The translations under genes were made by a program, and so were the position numbers. Shown piece after piece: positions 9,516 through 19,798 of a DNA stretch of 50,198 nt. The notes under the pieces are model-generated. The model did no database searches and was not told the DNA's origin. It worked only from the letters and a program-made list of their open reading frames with translations. Position 1 is the first letter of the stretch, and each line of letters opens with the position of its first letter. Source of the stretch: Candidatus Zambryskibacteria bacterium RIFCSPLOWO2_02_FULL_39_26 (GTDB lineage: Bacteria > Patescibacteriota > Minisyncoccia > Phycocordibacterales > DATDWN01); the NCBI GenBank assembly GCA_001825395.1, contig MHWN01000019.1, forward strand, positions 1-50,198. The letters run 5' to 3'.

Positions 9516-11341
9516 CTAAAACTCTTGGTAGTTGAAAGCTCTCGGCACGAAGATGGCCGTCACACTTTTTGAATTATCAACAGTAACGGTGCATGGTCCG
9601 GTGCCACTACAATCCCCCGTCCAGCCATTAAATCTCCAGTAAGCCGAACTAGGAATGGCAGTTAAGATAACCGTGCTGTTTTCAGTATAAATTTTTGTGC
9701 AAGGTGATCCGCAAACGCTCGTGTCTATAACATTGTCAGTAGATTTGACTCTGCCCCCAACTGTTGAACTGCTGTGACTGTTTTGTTTGGAGAGCCGGGT
9801 GGAGAAACGGTTACGGTAACTTGATTACTGTCGGCGGAAACCCCCTCTCGAGTAGTGTTAATCTTTACAGTATATGTGCCGGTGCCGAAAGAACAGCCTC
9901 TTGATTCAACTGTATTGGAAGATGAAAATGTGTATTGCGGATTGATATTGCCGGGCAAGAAACAATAAAACTTATAATCTATTGCTCCGGTAGCCGTACC
10001 AGACACATTGGCCGTAACAGTTCCACTTAGCGGCGAAACTCCGGAAGCTGGAGAGGCCGAAGCCGAAACAGAAAGCGTCGGTGAAGCGGGAGGATTTACG
10101 GTTATTGGAACATTGTCCGAGACTTCTCCAAACCAACCAATACCCTCTTTAACCATCCGCCATCGGAAATTATATGTGCCCTGTGTGGTAGGAGCTGTGA
10201 TATTGAAAGTAAATATTTTTGAATCGCCCGGAGCAATTGAATCGCCCGGGGCAAGAAGAACTCTGGCGCTGGCCAACCATGTACTATCATCCGGTGGCTC
10301 TCCCGGCTTCCAGCCACCCAATTTGTATTCGTCAGCTTGCGTCCAAGTCGTATCACCGTCATTTGTCATTGTTAAAGTGACGGTTTGAGTTTGGCCAGTT
10401 GTCATGGACGTTGACGGCACATTTTGGGAAATGAAATCGGCGTTATCAACCGGAGCTTGCGGCCAAATGGTTCTCTGGGCAACGGCTTTACCATTGTTAC
10501 AGTTTAATTCGTAGGTATAGCCATTATTATAATCGGTCAAATTTCCGGTAAAGGATGTGCCTTGATATGATATGCCTGTGTCTGGGATCGGAGTTGGAGT
10601 GGTGGCAACACCAACCAAAGTTATGGTCCAAGGTAAGGTAAAATTAAGGTTGAATCTTAAAGTCGTGCTGGTGTTGTATGGAGGAAAATAATCATCAGCT
10701 TCAAATGAAGTGATTTGGCATATCGACCTTTGATTAACTTGACAAGTGGCGCTACATAACGCCGGAGACGAGCCGTTATTGCTTCCTTCATCACACCCCT
10801 CGCCCGTCTCCCGAACATTATTGCCACAATATGGTCCACCCGTGCCACCATAACCTTCAGAACAATCTAAGGGACAAGACTCATAACTTTCTCCCATCCC
10901 TGGTGCGCATATACCATCACCACAACCCTCTCCACCGCCAGCACCGGTACAGCTATCCGTCGCCGGACCGTTACAAGAGGTGCAACTACTATATGCGGCA
11001 CTGCAAAGACAAGCAGGGACACCCGGCGCAGTACATTCCGCTGGATCATAATAAGCTGATTCACATACTAATGCTGCATCTAACCCCCAACTTGGATCAA
11101 TACACAAATATTCTCCATTGACTGAACACCAGATAAACCCTCCGTTTGTGCAATCATAACAGCCCCCGCCTGTTGCGCCAAAAAAATCGTCCCAATTACC
11201 GTCCCCATTTGTATCCCCATAGCATCCCAGACTTTGAGCATTGGCATCAGATGTGAAAGCGAAAAAAGATGAAAATACGAGGAGACCGATTATTACTGAT
11301 AATTTTATAAAATCGGATTTTTTGTGATTTTTATTTTTCAT
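9516..11341 (-). CDS. Cys-rich secreted/surface protein with NBR1-Ig-like, PKD-like and C-terminal InlB B-repeat-like domains; apparent frameshift near 9767
   Basis: ORF 9725-11362 plus continuation in another frame (STVGGRVKS...WRFNGWTGDCSGTGPCTVTVDNSKSVTAIF...YQEF*) ending at 9516. Confidence 0.75.
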
Positions 11342-11792
11342 ATTGAAATGTAACCATAACACCTTTGTCCTTCAAAGAAGAAATGGTTAAAATTATTTTT
11401 TGATTAGTTTTTCCCGCCAAAAAAACGGCGATGGTCTGCGACACTGTCTTTTTTGAAATGTTCCAGTCGTTGGTTTTTAGGACATTCTCGTACATAACTG
11501 CCAAATCTTTCAAAGACTTGCTTGAAACATAAGATACTGTGGTTTTTGTTTTATCTCCCGGAACAGCCACTGTTCCAGAATAATTTAGACTAGCATTCTC
11601 CAAAATGAGCTCAACCGGAAAATCAGGCGGCAAATCCTTGTACAAAGAAATCCTGGTTCCGACAGGATAATTGCCGGGGATAATCACTTCCGGCCCATTT
11701 ATAAACGAATCGTAATTAAAGTAGGCAAAAGTTGAAACTATTATTATAAAAATGACAAGATAGACTAACTTGGATTTGTATAAGTTACTCAT
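11331..11792 (-). CDS. membrane-anchored hypothetical protein
   Basis: N-terminal TM, LPPDFP motif; TATAAT 6 nt before ATG 11792. Confidence 0.75.
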   Translation of the reverse strand: MSNLYKSKLVYLVIFIIIVSTFAYFNYDSFINGPEVIIPGNYPVGTRISLYKDLPPDFPVELILENASLNYSGTVAVPGDKTKTTVSYVSSKSLKDLAVMYENVLKTNDWNISKKTVSQTIAVFLAGKTNQKIILTISSLKDKGVMVTFQYEK

Positions 11793-11898
11793 GGGTTTAT
11801 TATACAACCATCATATAGCATTTTCAATACTTTAAGTAAAATCTGACAAAAGAAACGCCCAGCACTTTCCGAAGAAAATGCTGGACGGTATGAGAGAA

Positions 11899-12897
11899 CT
11901 ACTTGTGGGAGTAAGTCATGACTTCGTCCACAATTCCCCTGGAAGTCTGACGGCACCCAATGGTCACCATCTGTTTCCCAGAGAATCTGGACCTAGTCAA
12001 TATCCCACTACTTGCATCACTTAGAGGCCACGTCGTTCCAGGCTTCCAAGTGAGCATGAGTTTGATGTTTTCCACCTCGTTAGCCGAATACTCCCAAGGC
12101 GGAGTGGCTCGGAGGTTCAGAAGACCCGGGGCGTTATGGTGAGACAACCCGAATACATGGCCAAACTCATGACCAACAACAAGATCATAAAGCTGGCTAC
12201 GGGAAAAGGCAATGCCTCCACCCACGATCCGATAGTTGATGATGTCCCAAGTCACAATCGCGTCGAAACCTTTATCTTCGATGGTCTGATCTATCCGCAG
12301 TGGAAAGACAGCCGTGCCGGGAACAGCCGAGGTACTGGCATAAACCTGAAAGCCGATTTGGTTTTGGAGCTTTTGAGCCCAAGTGTATATGAGAGAAGCA
12401 CTGTTGGGCCACTCTTCAATAAACCTCTGCTCGAGCACAATTGAAACCGGGCCATCAAGACGATATAGCGGGTGAAGGCCTGGATTGAAATCGGCTCCGA
12501 TATCTCCAAAAACCGCCTGCCTGACTGTCAGCTCACTATTGCCTGCCGCATGCAGACAATAGATGAGCAAATTGGTCAGTGCAGTTCTTTGCGCCGTCAC
12601 GAAAGGCAAGCAACTCTCGGCAGTTACGGTGATTTGGAAACCACCGGTTGTCGAGCGAATGATCACCTTGCCAGATTCGTCAGTTTGAAACTGACCGAAA
12701 CTGGTTGAGAGCGTTGCTCCGGAAATCGGCTGATTCGACCCGCGTTCCAGCACCCAAAAGGTGTATTCCGCCTCAGCCGGCGGAGTAACTGTTGGAGTTG
12801 GAAGTGGAGAAGGGCTGGTCTGGGTCTCATCACAGGCGGACGAGAAAAAAGCCATGGCCAGAACGACCATGACTGCGAAAAACTTACTGCGCGTCAT
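11899..12897 (-). CDS. lipoprotein with metzincin Zn-protease motif, SD-led cassette 3
   Basis: Lipobox-like SSAC, HEFGHVFGLSH (HExxHxxGxxH), AAGGAGG SD, terminator hairpin ~11845-11886. Confidence 0.85.
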   Translation of the reverse strand: MTRSKFFAVMVVLAMAFFSSACDETQTSPSPLPTPTVTPPAEAEYTFWVLERGSNQPISGATLSTSFGQFQTDESGKVIIRSTTGGFQITVTAESCLPFVTAQRTALTNLLIYCLHAAGNSELTVRQAVFGDIGADFNPGLHPLYRLDGPVSIVLEQRFIEEWPNSASLIYTWAQKLQNQIGFQVYASTSAVPGTAVFPLRIDQTIEDKGFDAIVTWDIINYRIVGGGIAFSRSQLYDLVVGHEFGHVFGLSHHNAPGLLNLRATPPWEYSANEVENIKLMLTWKPGTTWPLSDASSGILTRSRFSGKQMVTIGCRQTSRGIVDEVMTYSHK

Positions 12898-13055
12898 GGT
12901 TGGCCTCCTTTTTTGGCCTTATCGAAAATGACAAAGTGCAACAAAAAGCGTTTGTACAGTTCTAAACGCATTATACACCAAAAAGTCAAGATTGGGGAAA
13001 AGTCAAGTTCAAACAGTGGATATCCTGTGCACATCCCCATACCCTATTTTCTAGA

Positions 13056-13102
13056 TTTCCCTCCCATTCCCCTAGGCGACGCCTAGGGGAATGGGAGGGA
13101 AA
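13056..13102. repeat. REP-like perfect palindrome flanking RAYT
   Basis: TTTCCCTCCCATTCCCCTAGGCG-A-CGCCTAGGGGAATGGGAGGGAAA. Confidence 0.9.
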
Positions 13103-13110
13103 AATAAATA

Positions 13111-13797
13111 TTATTTATTAAAGGTCACCCAATCAAAAATCTCTTTATCGAAAATTTCTTTGTCTAAAAAATATTGTGGAAAAACCTTTAGATTTAAAAT
13201 CCTGCCTCTTAATCTTTTGATTTTCCTAAAATCTAAATAACTGCTCCACTCATATTTATTTAAAAATTCAATGCTTTTTTTAACATTTCGTATCTCCTTT
13301 TCTTTCCATAAAGGATCTATTAATTTTAAAGGGTTTAGATGTATATATGAAAAAATGTATTTTGATTGAACATCATTTTTTGTATGAACTGCTTTAAATG
13401 GACCTTCAAAAAGTTTTCCTGTTCTTTTATATTTTTTATTAAAGTACATTGAATATGATGTGCAAAGTTTTTGAACGAACACGCTGATTGAATTCGTCTC
13501 CTCTCCTAGGTCCCCTAGGCGACGCCTAGGGGAAATGTATAGATGAAAATGATTGGGCATTAAAACCCATGCTCCGATTGAAACAAGTTCTTCCCCTCTA
13601 TTGAAATCGAAGGCATCAATTTTTTTACCAACAATATCATCCCTAAAATTTATACTTTTTTCTGAATTGCACAAATATAATAATTTTGTAAATCTGTCTC
13701 TATCTAGATCATCGGTAAAAATATTTTGCTTGCTGTTCCCACGATTATAAATATGGTAATACTCCCCTTCAACTAAAGCTTCTTTTCTATATGTCAT
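13111..13797 (-). CDS. REP-associated tyrosine (Y1/HUH) transposase, RAYT-like
   Basis: YYHIYNRG, LMPNHFHL (HUH), YIHLNP (catalytic Tyr), YEWSSY motifs. Confidence 0.9.
   Translation of the reverse strand: MTYRKEALVEGEYYHIYNRGNSKQNIFTDDLDRDRFTKLLYLCNSEKSINFRDDIVGKKIDAFDFNRGEELVSIGAWVLMPNHFHLYISPRRRLGDLGEETNSISVFVQKLCTSYSMYFNKKYKRTGKLFEGPFKAVHTKNDVQSKYIFSYIHLNPLKLIDPLWKEKEIRNVKKSIEFLNKYEWSSYLDFRKIKRLRGRILNLKVFPQYFLDKEIFDKEIFDWVTFNK
13511..13533. repeat. REP palindrome in frame inside RAYT
   Basis: TCCCCTAGGCGACGCCTAGGGGA, encodes SPRRRLGD. Confidence 0.9.
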
Positions 13798-13819
13798 ACG
13801 TAAGATTATATCATACCTA

Positions 13820-13840
13820 CCCCTAGGCGTCGCCTAGGGG
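13820..13840. repeat. REP palindrome upstream of RAYT (inverted copy)
   Basis: CCCCTAGGCGTCGCCTAGGGG. Confidence 0.9.
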
Positions 13841-13861
13841 ACTAGGGGATAAAAGATAGAG

Positions 13862-15211
13862 CTAGACTCCGCTTCGGGAAAGGAGAGCTTTGATGGTTTT
13901 TAGGGCTATTTTGATATCCAGCCAGAATGAGCGGTTTTTTATGTAAAAGAGGTCATAAGAGAGTTTGGTTTTAGTTTGATTGTAGTCCGTTGAAAATTTC
14001 GGCGGAGTTTTCTGGTAAAGCTGGGCCCAACCGGAAAGCCCGGGTTTTATCAAGTGTCTGACATTATAAAAACTGATTTCTTTTTCATAAAGCTCTACGA
14101 GCTTTGGTAATTCCGGTCTTGGGCCGATGAGCGATAAATCACCCTTCAAAATATTCCAAAGTTGCGGTAACTCATCAATCCTTGAGGCTCGCAGGAAGGC
14201 ACCGACTGTTGTCACCTTCTCTTGCCTATTTAACTCGCCATCACCACCGTCATCCAAAGACATTGTCCTAAATTTTATGATATTGACCAGATGATTGTTT
14301 TGACCGATTCTTTCCTGTTTAATAAATATTTTTCCCCGGTCATCAAGAATGATGGCTAGAAAAACAAAAGGATAAAAGACCAAAGAAATAATCCCTAAAA
14401 TAATGGATAGGGCAATATCCATCATTCTTTTTAGAAAGTCGTATGTAAATTTAGGAGAAACTGAAATATTTTCCAAAAACCATGAGTAAGTGACCAAAGA
14501 CAGCGGAATCCTGTCAAAAATATCTTCATATATCCGGTGGGAGTCAATAAAACGGACTTTGGAGAAAATAAGATTATAGAGATGTGGTAGAAGAGGAGTG
14601 ATTTTCTCATGGGAGAAATCTATGGCAATAATTTTAATATTATTTGAATAGACATTCTTAATAATATCTTCCTGGATATCAATAGCCTCTATATTGTGAA
14701 CATCCACCGAAGAAGTGAAAAATAAATCATAACGAGTGTTAACATTCACTTCGTGCAAAAGTTCTTTCATCTCCTCCCCCGCCCCAATCAGTAGCGCCGG
14801 CTGTTTCTCGCGTCTTGTAAAAAGAGCGATGCCATAAAGTCTCCAGACCAAAACGCAAGCAAAGGAAATAAAAAGGTATATGAAAAGGATTGTTTTCGGA
14901 GTAATGCCGAAGACAGGTATTGCGTAGAAAAATATTATGGCAAAAATACTGTTGACTACTTGAGCGTTGAAAATAACTCCCGGAAGTTTGCTTTTTAGTA
15001 TAAGGGTGTGTTTTTCATAAAGTCCTGAAATAAAATAGACTAAAATCCATACAATAAAAAGAATGGAGAAAGGGTTGAGGTGGGTTAGAAATAAGTCCCT
15101 AGTTGGAATTTCAGCAAAACGCAAATAAAGGGCAAACCACAGCGAAAAAACAAAGAAAAATATGTCGCCAAAAAAGAGGATGACGGCTTCTTTTCGAGTC
15201 AGGTTACTCAT
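13862..15211 (-). CDS. polyprenyl glycosylphosphotransferase (WcaJ/WbaP-like sugar transferase)
   Basis: KFRTM, RIDELPQLWNILKGDLSLIGPRPE, KPGLSGWAQ motifs. Confidence 0.93.
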   Translation of the reverse strand: MSNLTRKEAVILFFGDIFFFVFSLWFALYLRFAEIPTRDLFLTHLNPFSILFIVWILVYFISGLYEKHTLILKSKLPGVIFNAQVVNSIFAIIFFYAIPVFGITPKTILFIYLFISFACVLVWRLYGIALFTRREKQPALLIGAGEEMKELLHEVNVNTRYDLFFTSSVDVHNIEAIDIQEDIIKNVYSNNIKIIAIDFSHEKITPLLPHLYNLIFSKVRFIDSHRIYEDIFDRIPLSLVTYSWFLENISVSPKFTYDFLKRMMDIALSIILGIISLVFYPFVFLAIILDDRGKIFIKQERIGQNNHLVNIIKFRTMSLDDGGDGELNRQEKVTTVGAFLRASRIDELPQLWNILKGDLSLIGPRPELPKLVELYEKEISFYNVRHLIKPGLSGWAQLYQKTPPKFSTDYNQTKTKLSYDLFYIKNRSFWLDIKIALKTIKALLSRSGV

Positions 15212-15248
15212 GTGTAATATGGGTAATACTATGATAAAATGGCCAAAT

Positions 15249-16394
15249 ATGCAATCCGATGGGCAAATAGTTAAAGTCTGCTACATCATAACTAAAGGGG
15301 TTTGGGGAGGAGCCGGGAAGTATGTTTGGAGCCTCGCTACAAACTTGCCAAAGGAAAAATATGAAGTAGTGGTCATAACCGGGGAGGGCGAAGCTTTGAA
15401 GGAAAGGCTTGAAAAATCAGGTATCAAGACTTACACCTTAAGAAATCTAAAAAGAGACATTTCCATAATAAATGAAATAGAAAGTTTTTTTAAACTCCTA
15501 AGAATTATACGGAAAGAACGTCCTAAAATACTCCATCTTAACAGTCCCAAAGCCAGCGGGCTTGGCTCGGTTGCCGGAAGACTATTGTTTGTTCCACAAA
15601 TAATCCAAACTGTCCACGGATTTAGTTGGAACGAAGACAGACCGGAGTGGCAGAAAATTTTAATCACTTTGTTTTCTTGGTTGACCATAATCCTTTGTCA
15701 CAAAACCATAGTACTTTCTTCCCAAGAACAAAGACAAGCTAAAAAGTTACCACTTGTCAGAGATTCAAAAATAATTTTAATAAGAAACGGTATTGAAAAA
15801 ATTGCATTTAAAGAAAAAGATACGGCTCGGCAAGAATTACTGACCCTATTTGGACATCCGATGTCCAAGTTCAAAGAATTGCTGTGGATTGGCACCATAT
15901 CCGAGCTTCACAAAAACAAAGGGTTGGAATATGCGATATCAGCTATAGCGTACATAAAAAAATCTTTCATATTCTGCATTATTGGTGAGGGTGACGAAAG
16001 AGAAAATTTAGAGAAATTGATTAAAAAAAATAAATTGCAGGAAAAAGTTTTTCTTTTGGGGTTTGTGGATAAAGCAAACGAATACCTAAAAACCTTTGAT
16101 ATCTTTACTTTAACTTCTTTGAAGGAGGGTCTCCCCTACTCAATACTAGAAGCTGGACTTGCGGAACTCCCAGTTATTGCAAGTAATGTCGGAGGGATCC
16201 CTGACATTATTGAAAACGGCGTAAGCGGAATTCTCACAACCAAAAGCAGAGTTGGTGAGATAACTCGAGCAATTGAGTATTTGATGGACAACCCAGACAA
16301 AAGAGAACTGTATGGTAAAAATCTCAAACAAAAAGTAGAGAAAGATTTTTCTTTTGAGCAAATGTTAGAGAGAACCACTGTTTTATACATTTAG
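15249..16394 (+). CDS. GT4 family glycosyltransferase
   Basis: GGA N-terminal motif, EGLPYSILEA motif; start chosen after TGnTAAAAT (ORF track from 15162). Confidence 0.92.
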   Translation: MQSDGQIVKVCYIITKGVWGGAGKYVWSLATNLPKEKYEVVVITGEGEALKERLEKSGIKTYTLRNLKRDISIINEIESFFKLLRIIRKERPKILHLNSPKASGLGSVAGRLLFVPQIIQTVHGFSWNEDRPEWQKILITLFSWLTIILCHKTIVLSSQEQRQAKKLPLVRDSKIILIRNGIEKIAFKEKDTARQELLTLFGHPMSKFKELLWIGTISELHKNKGLEYAISAIAYIKKSFIFCIIGEGDERENLEKLIKKNKLQEKVFLLGFVDKANEYLKTFDIFTLTSLKEGLPYSILEAGLAELPVIASNVGGIPDIIENGVSGILTTKSRVGEITRAIEYLMDNPDKRELYGKNLKQKVEKDFSFEQMLERTTVLYI

Positions 16395-16416
16395 AAATTT
16401 AAAATTAGAAATTGTT

Positions 16417-17568
16417 TTATACCCCCACCATCTCGTTGGACGCCACATCAGGATGCACCGTCCGGCTCGACTTCTTCATCCCCATCAAAATCCCCAACCC
16501 CAAAAACTCTGTTAATAAATGACTCCCACCATAGCTCATAAACGGGAGCGTATTACCTGTAACTGGCAGTAAACCAATATTCATACCTATATGAATAAAA
16601 CTGTGAATAAAGAAGAATATAAAAAGACCAATACCAAATAAAATCTCAAAATTGCTTCCGCCGCGAAAAGAAATTTTAAGCATTCTCCAAAAAATAATCC
16701 CGTAGACCATAAACAAAAGCATAACACCAGCAAAACCCCACTCTTCCGCAAAGGCCGAGAAAATAAAATCGGTTTGATATTCAGGTAAAAATTGGAGCTT
16801 GGATTGAGTGCCATAACCTATGCCCTTTCCTAGAAGCTGTCCGGAACCAATAGCGATAATCGACTGGTATGAATTGTAGCCACTGCCTCGAATATCGGTT
16901 AAGGGATTGAGAAAATTTTTTATACGATCTTTTTGATATGGAGCAAAAACAAAAAACCATAGGGCCCCGAAACTAAAAAGCCCGACAAGAAACACCGCCA
17001 GTAAATGTTTTTTGGATATTCCCGAAACTAAAACCATTCCGAGCCATAGAAAAAAGATAATAATAGCCGAGCCAAAATCCGGCTGGAGGAAGATGAGGCT
17101 AAAAATAACAAAGGCATAAAACCCAGAAACCAGGATGTGTCTGATGTTGGCTATTTCAATATGCCGTCTGGAAAAATATTTGGCTAAAATTAGAATTAAA
17201 ATAAGTTTTATCGGGTCTGTCGGCTGGAATGACAAAAACCCCAAATCAAACCAGCTTTTTGCTCCTTTATATATACTGCCAAAAACAAACAGTAATAAAA
17301 GTAAAATTATTGACAATATGAAAAGAATTACAATAATTCTGGTATTTTTTAAAAAGGTCCAGTTAATTACACTAGCCAGAAGAAAAACAATGATGGAAAC
17401 GACCAGCCAAATTGTTTGACGTTCAAAAAAAAGATTTTTTACTATTCCCCCTTCTTTAAACTGAAAAGAGTTCATGGTGATAAGACCGGCCAGAGAGACC
17501 AAGACTACGCTACCAAATAAAATCCAGTCAATATTTCTGAAAATATTTTTCAATGATATGGAATTCAT
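16417..17568 (-). CDS. rodA: rod shape-determining protein RodA (SEDS family)
   Basis: SFQPTD, LQPDFGSA, PEYQTDFIF, LPFMSYGGS motifs. Confidence 0.9.
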   Translation of the reverse strand: MNSISLKNIFRNIDWILFGSVVLVSLAGLITMNSFQFKEGGIVKNLFFERQTIWLVVSIIVFLLASVINWTFLKNTRIIVILFILSIILLLLLFVFGSIYKGAKSWFDLGFLSFQPTDPIKLILILILAKYFSRRHIEIANIRHILVSGFYAFVIFSLIFLQPDFGSAIIIFFLWLGMVLVSGISKKHLLAVFLVGLFSFGALWFFVFAPYQKDRIKNFLNPLTDIRGSGYNSYQSIIAIGSGQLLGKGIGYGTQSKLQFLPEYQTDFIFSAFAEEWGFAGVMLLFMVYGIIFWRMLKISFRGGSNFEILFGIGLFIFFFIHSFIHIGMNIGLLPVTGNTLPFMSYGGSHLLTEFLGLGILMGMKKSSRTVHPDVASNEMVGV

Positions 17569-17597
17569 AGAGGTGCGCCAGATTTGAAAGTTTAGAG

Positions 17598-18959
17598 CTA
17601 GATTTCTCGGTAGATGACAGTAATAACATTCGGTTTCTTCGGACAAATGGCCCTGCCTATTTTATTGTAAATAGAACTTAAATCTTCTTTTGACGGAGCA
17701 AAAAAGTAGTGAGATGGATTCGAACTTAATCCTCTCAAAAAACCTTCGTCAACGTTCTTGCCAAGACCTATGGTATAAATGGCAACCCCCCCTGACTTAA
17801 TCTCTCCTGCAATGTTTTGAGCGGAGGCGCTTGGATAATTGGTCTCGCCTATTTTCTGCGGCTCTGTCGGAACCCCGTCAGTGAGAAGTATAACCACTTT
17901 TTTACTGTCAGCCCCTCCGCGAATAGACCTTAACTCCTGGAAGGCATCATTTAAACCGCCGGTAATATTTGTCTGCTCAAGAGTGGTGGTGCTTAAAAAA
18001 AGATTGTTTACCGCTTCCGTGGCAATATTTTTATCAGCTGATAAAGTGCTTTCTTGCTTTGAGTTCGTGCCGAAAGAAGTAATGGCCACTTGGTCTTGGG
18101 CGGATAAATTTTTTATGAAATTTTGGGCTGTACTAATAACAGTTGAAAACGGTTCGGGCGGACTGACGCTCTCTGACATCATGCTTCCTGATTTGTCCAA
18201 AACCAAATCCACATCAACCGGATTGAGACATGCTTCCACTCCGAGATTAAATGGCTTCGGCCAAGTAAAGACGAAATCCTGGGTTACTTTTTTGACTAAA
18301 CTATCAACAAACGAGCGAGAGGCGGCTACCACATTTTCGTTGTTGTCCAAGACTAGCACTACTAGTTCAACTTGCGGTATTGTCTCGGTAGAATTGTTTG
18401 TGATACTTCCAGTAATTCTCGGCGTTGTAGAAGCAAAAAGTAGCGTGCTGTGATTTACGGTTACATCCAAGTCTTTCCTTTCATCCTTTTCCCACGGAGC
18501 AAAGTTTGTAAACTGGAAATCAGCAGTTTTTGGTTTTTGATTTTTCAAAACGATACCAGTTTCAAAAACGGCAAATTTTTTACCTTTTGGAATGCTCGTC
18601 TCCCCCTCAATGGTTGTAATTAATTTGTTGTTTGTATCATAAATACCGAAGCGATATTTTGCTCTAGGATTTTTGGAAGTAATATTTGGGTTTTCTATGT
18701 ACGCCACTGCACTATAGACATCTCCGGAAATATTGAAAACTTTGGACCATAAGACTACCGGAGCCAAAGCCTCGTTGCTACAAATATTTTTACACGACCC
18801 CCCGCAGTCAATGCCGAGTTCACTGCCATTTTTAACACCGTCACTACAAGTTGGTGTTTTGTAAATAATTTTCCAAAAAACCGCGCCGACAATCAGCGCT
18901 AGCACCAATATTACACTGCCTCCATATAAAAACCGCCTTTTAGCCGACCAAGATGTCAT
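17598..18959 (-). CDS. membrane-anchored VWA-domain protein
   Basis: DKSGS MIDAS, LLTDG; TCSDG..N..E.GIDCGG Cys motif; TATACT 6 nt before ATG 18959. Confidence 0.85.
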   Translation of the reverse strand: MTSWSAKRRFLYGGSVILVLALIVGAVFWKIIYKTPTCSDGVKNGSELGIDCGGSCKNICSNEALAPVVLWSKVFNISGDVYSAVAYIENPNITSKNPRAKYRFGIYDTNNKLITTIEGETSIPKGKKFAVFETGIVLKNQKPKTADFQFTNFAPWEKDERKDLDVTVNHSTLLFASTTPRITGSITNNSTETIPQVELVVLVLDNNENVVAASRSFVDSLVKKVTQDFVFTWPKPFNLGVEACLNPVDVDLVLDKSGSMMSESVSPPEPFSTVISTAQNFIKNLSAQDQVAITSFGTNSKQESTLSADKNIATEAVNNLFLSTTTLEQTNITGGLNDAFQELRSIRGGADSKKVVILLTDGVPTEPQKIGETNYPSASAQNIAGEIKSGGVAIYTIGLGKNVDEGFLRGLSSNPSHYFFAPSKEDLSSIYNKIGRAICPKKPNVITVIYREI

Positions 18960-19069
18960 GCGGATAGTATAACGTATAAAGTATAAGGTATAAAGGTAAA
19001 AAATTGGAAAGCAGAAAGTAGTATTTGACAATGACAGTAAAAAGCATAGCCTGATTAAGAGAGGTGGTT

Positions 19070-19282
19070 ATGATGGCTGGTTATATCACCAGACTTTGGT
19101 ACAAAGACGGTACTCTTGATCGAGTTGAGGTACAGGTCGGTAGGGGGTACGAGAAATTCTGGAGCAATACCGTGAGATTCAGAAATACGGATCCACTGGC
19201 GGTCACAAGGGTGGGACATGGCAGTTATGTAGAGGTCCATCGTTTTTGGTTTTTTGGATCACTCATAACTGTCCTGAACTAG
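19070..19282 (+). CDS. 70-aa orphan protein, SD-led cassette 4
   Basis: TTGACA-16-TAGCCT (19025-19052), GAGGTG SD, terminator AAGGCGCGACA-tttc-TGTCGCGCCTT-TT (19305-19336). Confidence 0.65.
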   Translation: MMAGYITRLWYKDGTLDRVEVQVGRGYEKFWSNTVRFRNTDPLAVTRVGHGSYVEVHRFWFFGSLITVLN

Positions 19283-19354
19283 CTCTGAAAAAACCCAACA
19301 AACAAGGCGCGACATTTCTGTCGCGCCTTTTGATTTGTCTAAAATCGAATCACC

Positions 19355-19798
19355 TGTTCTGGCGCCTACCTATCCCAGTAGTAGATGCTTCGCATCACTA
19401 CGGGACATGCTTTCCCACGAGTGAGTACTTGCCCCGTAGCGAGCTTCGCTCTGCTACTAGGGTCATCGGCACTATTGGGCTTAACCCCAGTAGTAGAAAT
19501 TTGAAAAGTTAAATAATTTGTTCTGGCGGCTAGCTACTTTCCCCGTGAGAGTATCATCGCCTCAACCGAGCTTAACTTCCGTGTTCGGAATGAGAACGGG
19601 TGTGACCTCGGCGATAAGCCACCAAAACAAATTATTCAACTTTATTTACTTTTCAAATTTCACTACAGGGCATGCTTCCGTGTCGGAATGCCTGGCCCGT
19701 ACCGAGCTATGCTCTGGTACTGGGCAGAACAGGTGCCTGTCCCGTAGTCAGCTTTGCTGTACTACTGGGATGACCACCACGTTAAATCACCAACACAA
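19355..19798 (-). pseudogene. second divergent 5S rRNA gene fragmented into six pieces by five palindromic insertions
   Basis: Pieces 19355-19372, 19410-19427, 19463-19484, 19675-19690, 19726-19735, 19771-19798 join into a sequence colinear with the intact 5S. Confidence 0.85.
19521..19627 (-). rRNA. rrf: 5S rRNA (intact), nested inside insertion 19485-19674
   Basis: CACACCCGTTCTCATTCCGAACACGGAAGTTAAG core, paired ends TTTGGTGGC/GCCGCCAGA. Confidence 0.95.

Noticed and set aside
11899-13840. Prophage or composite transposon around the protease and RAYT
   Set aside because: No phage structural genes, integrase or bounding repeats enclose both genes.
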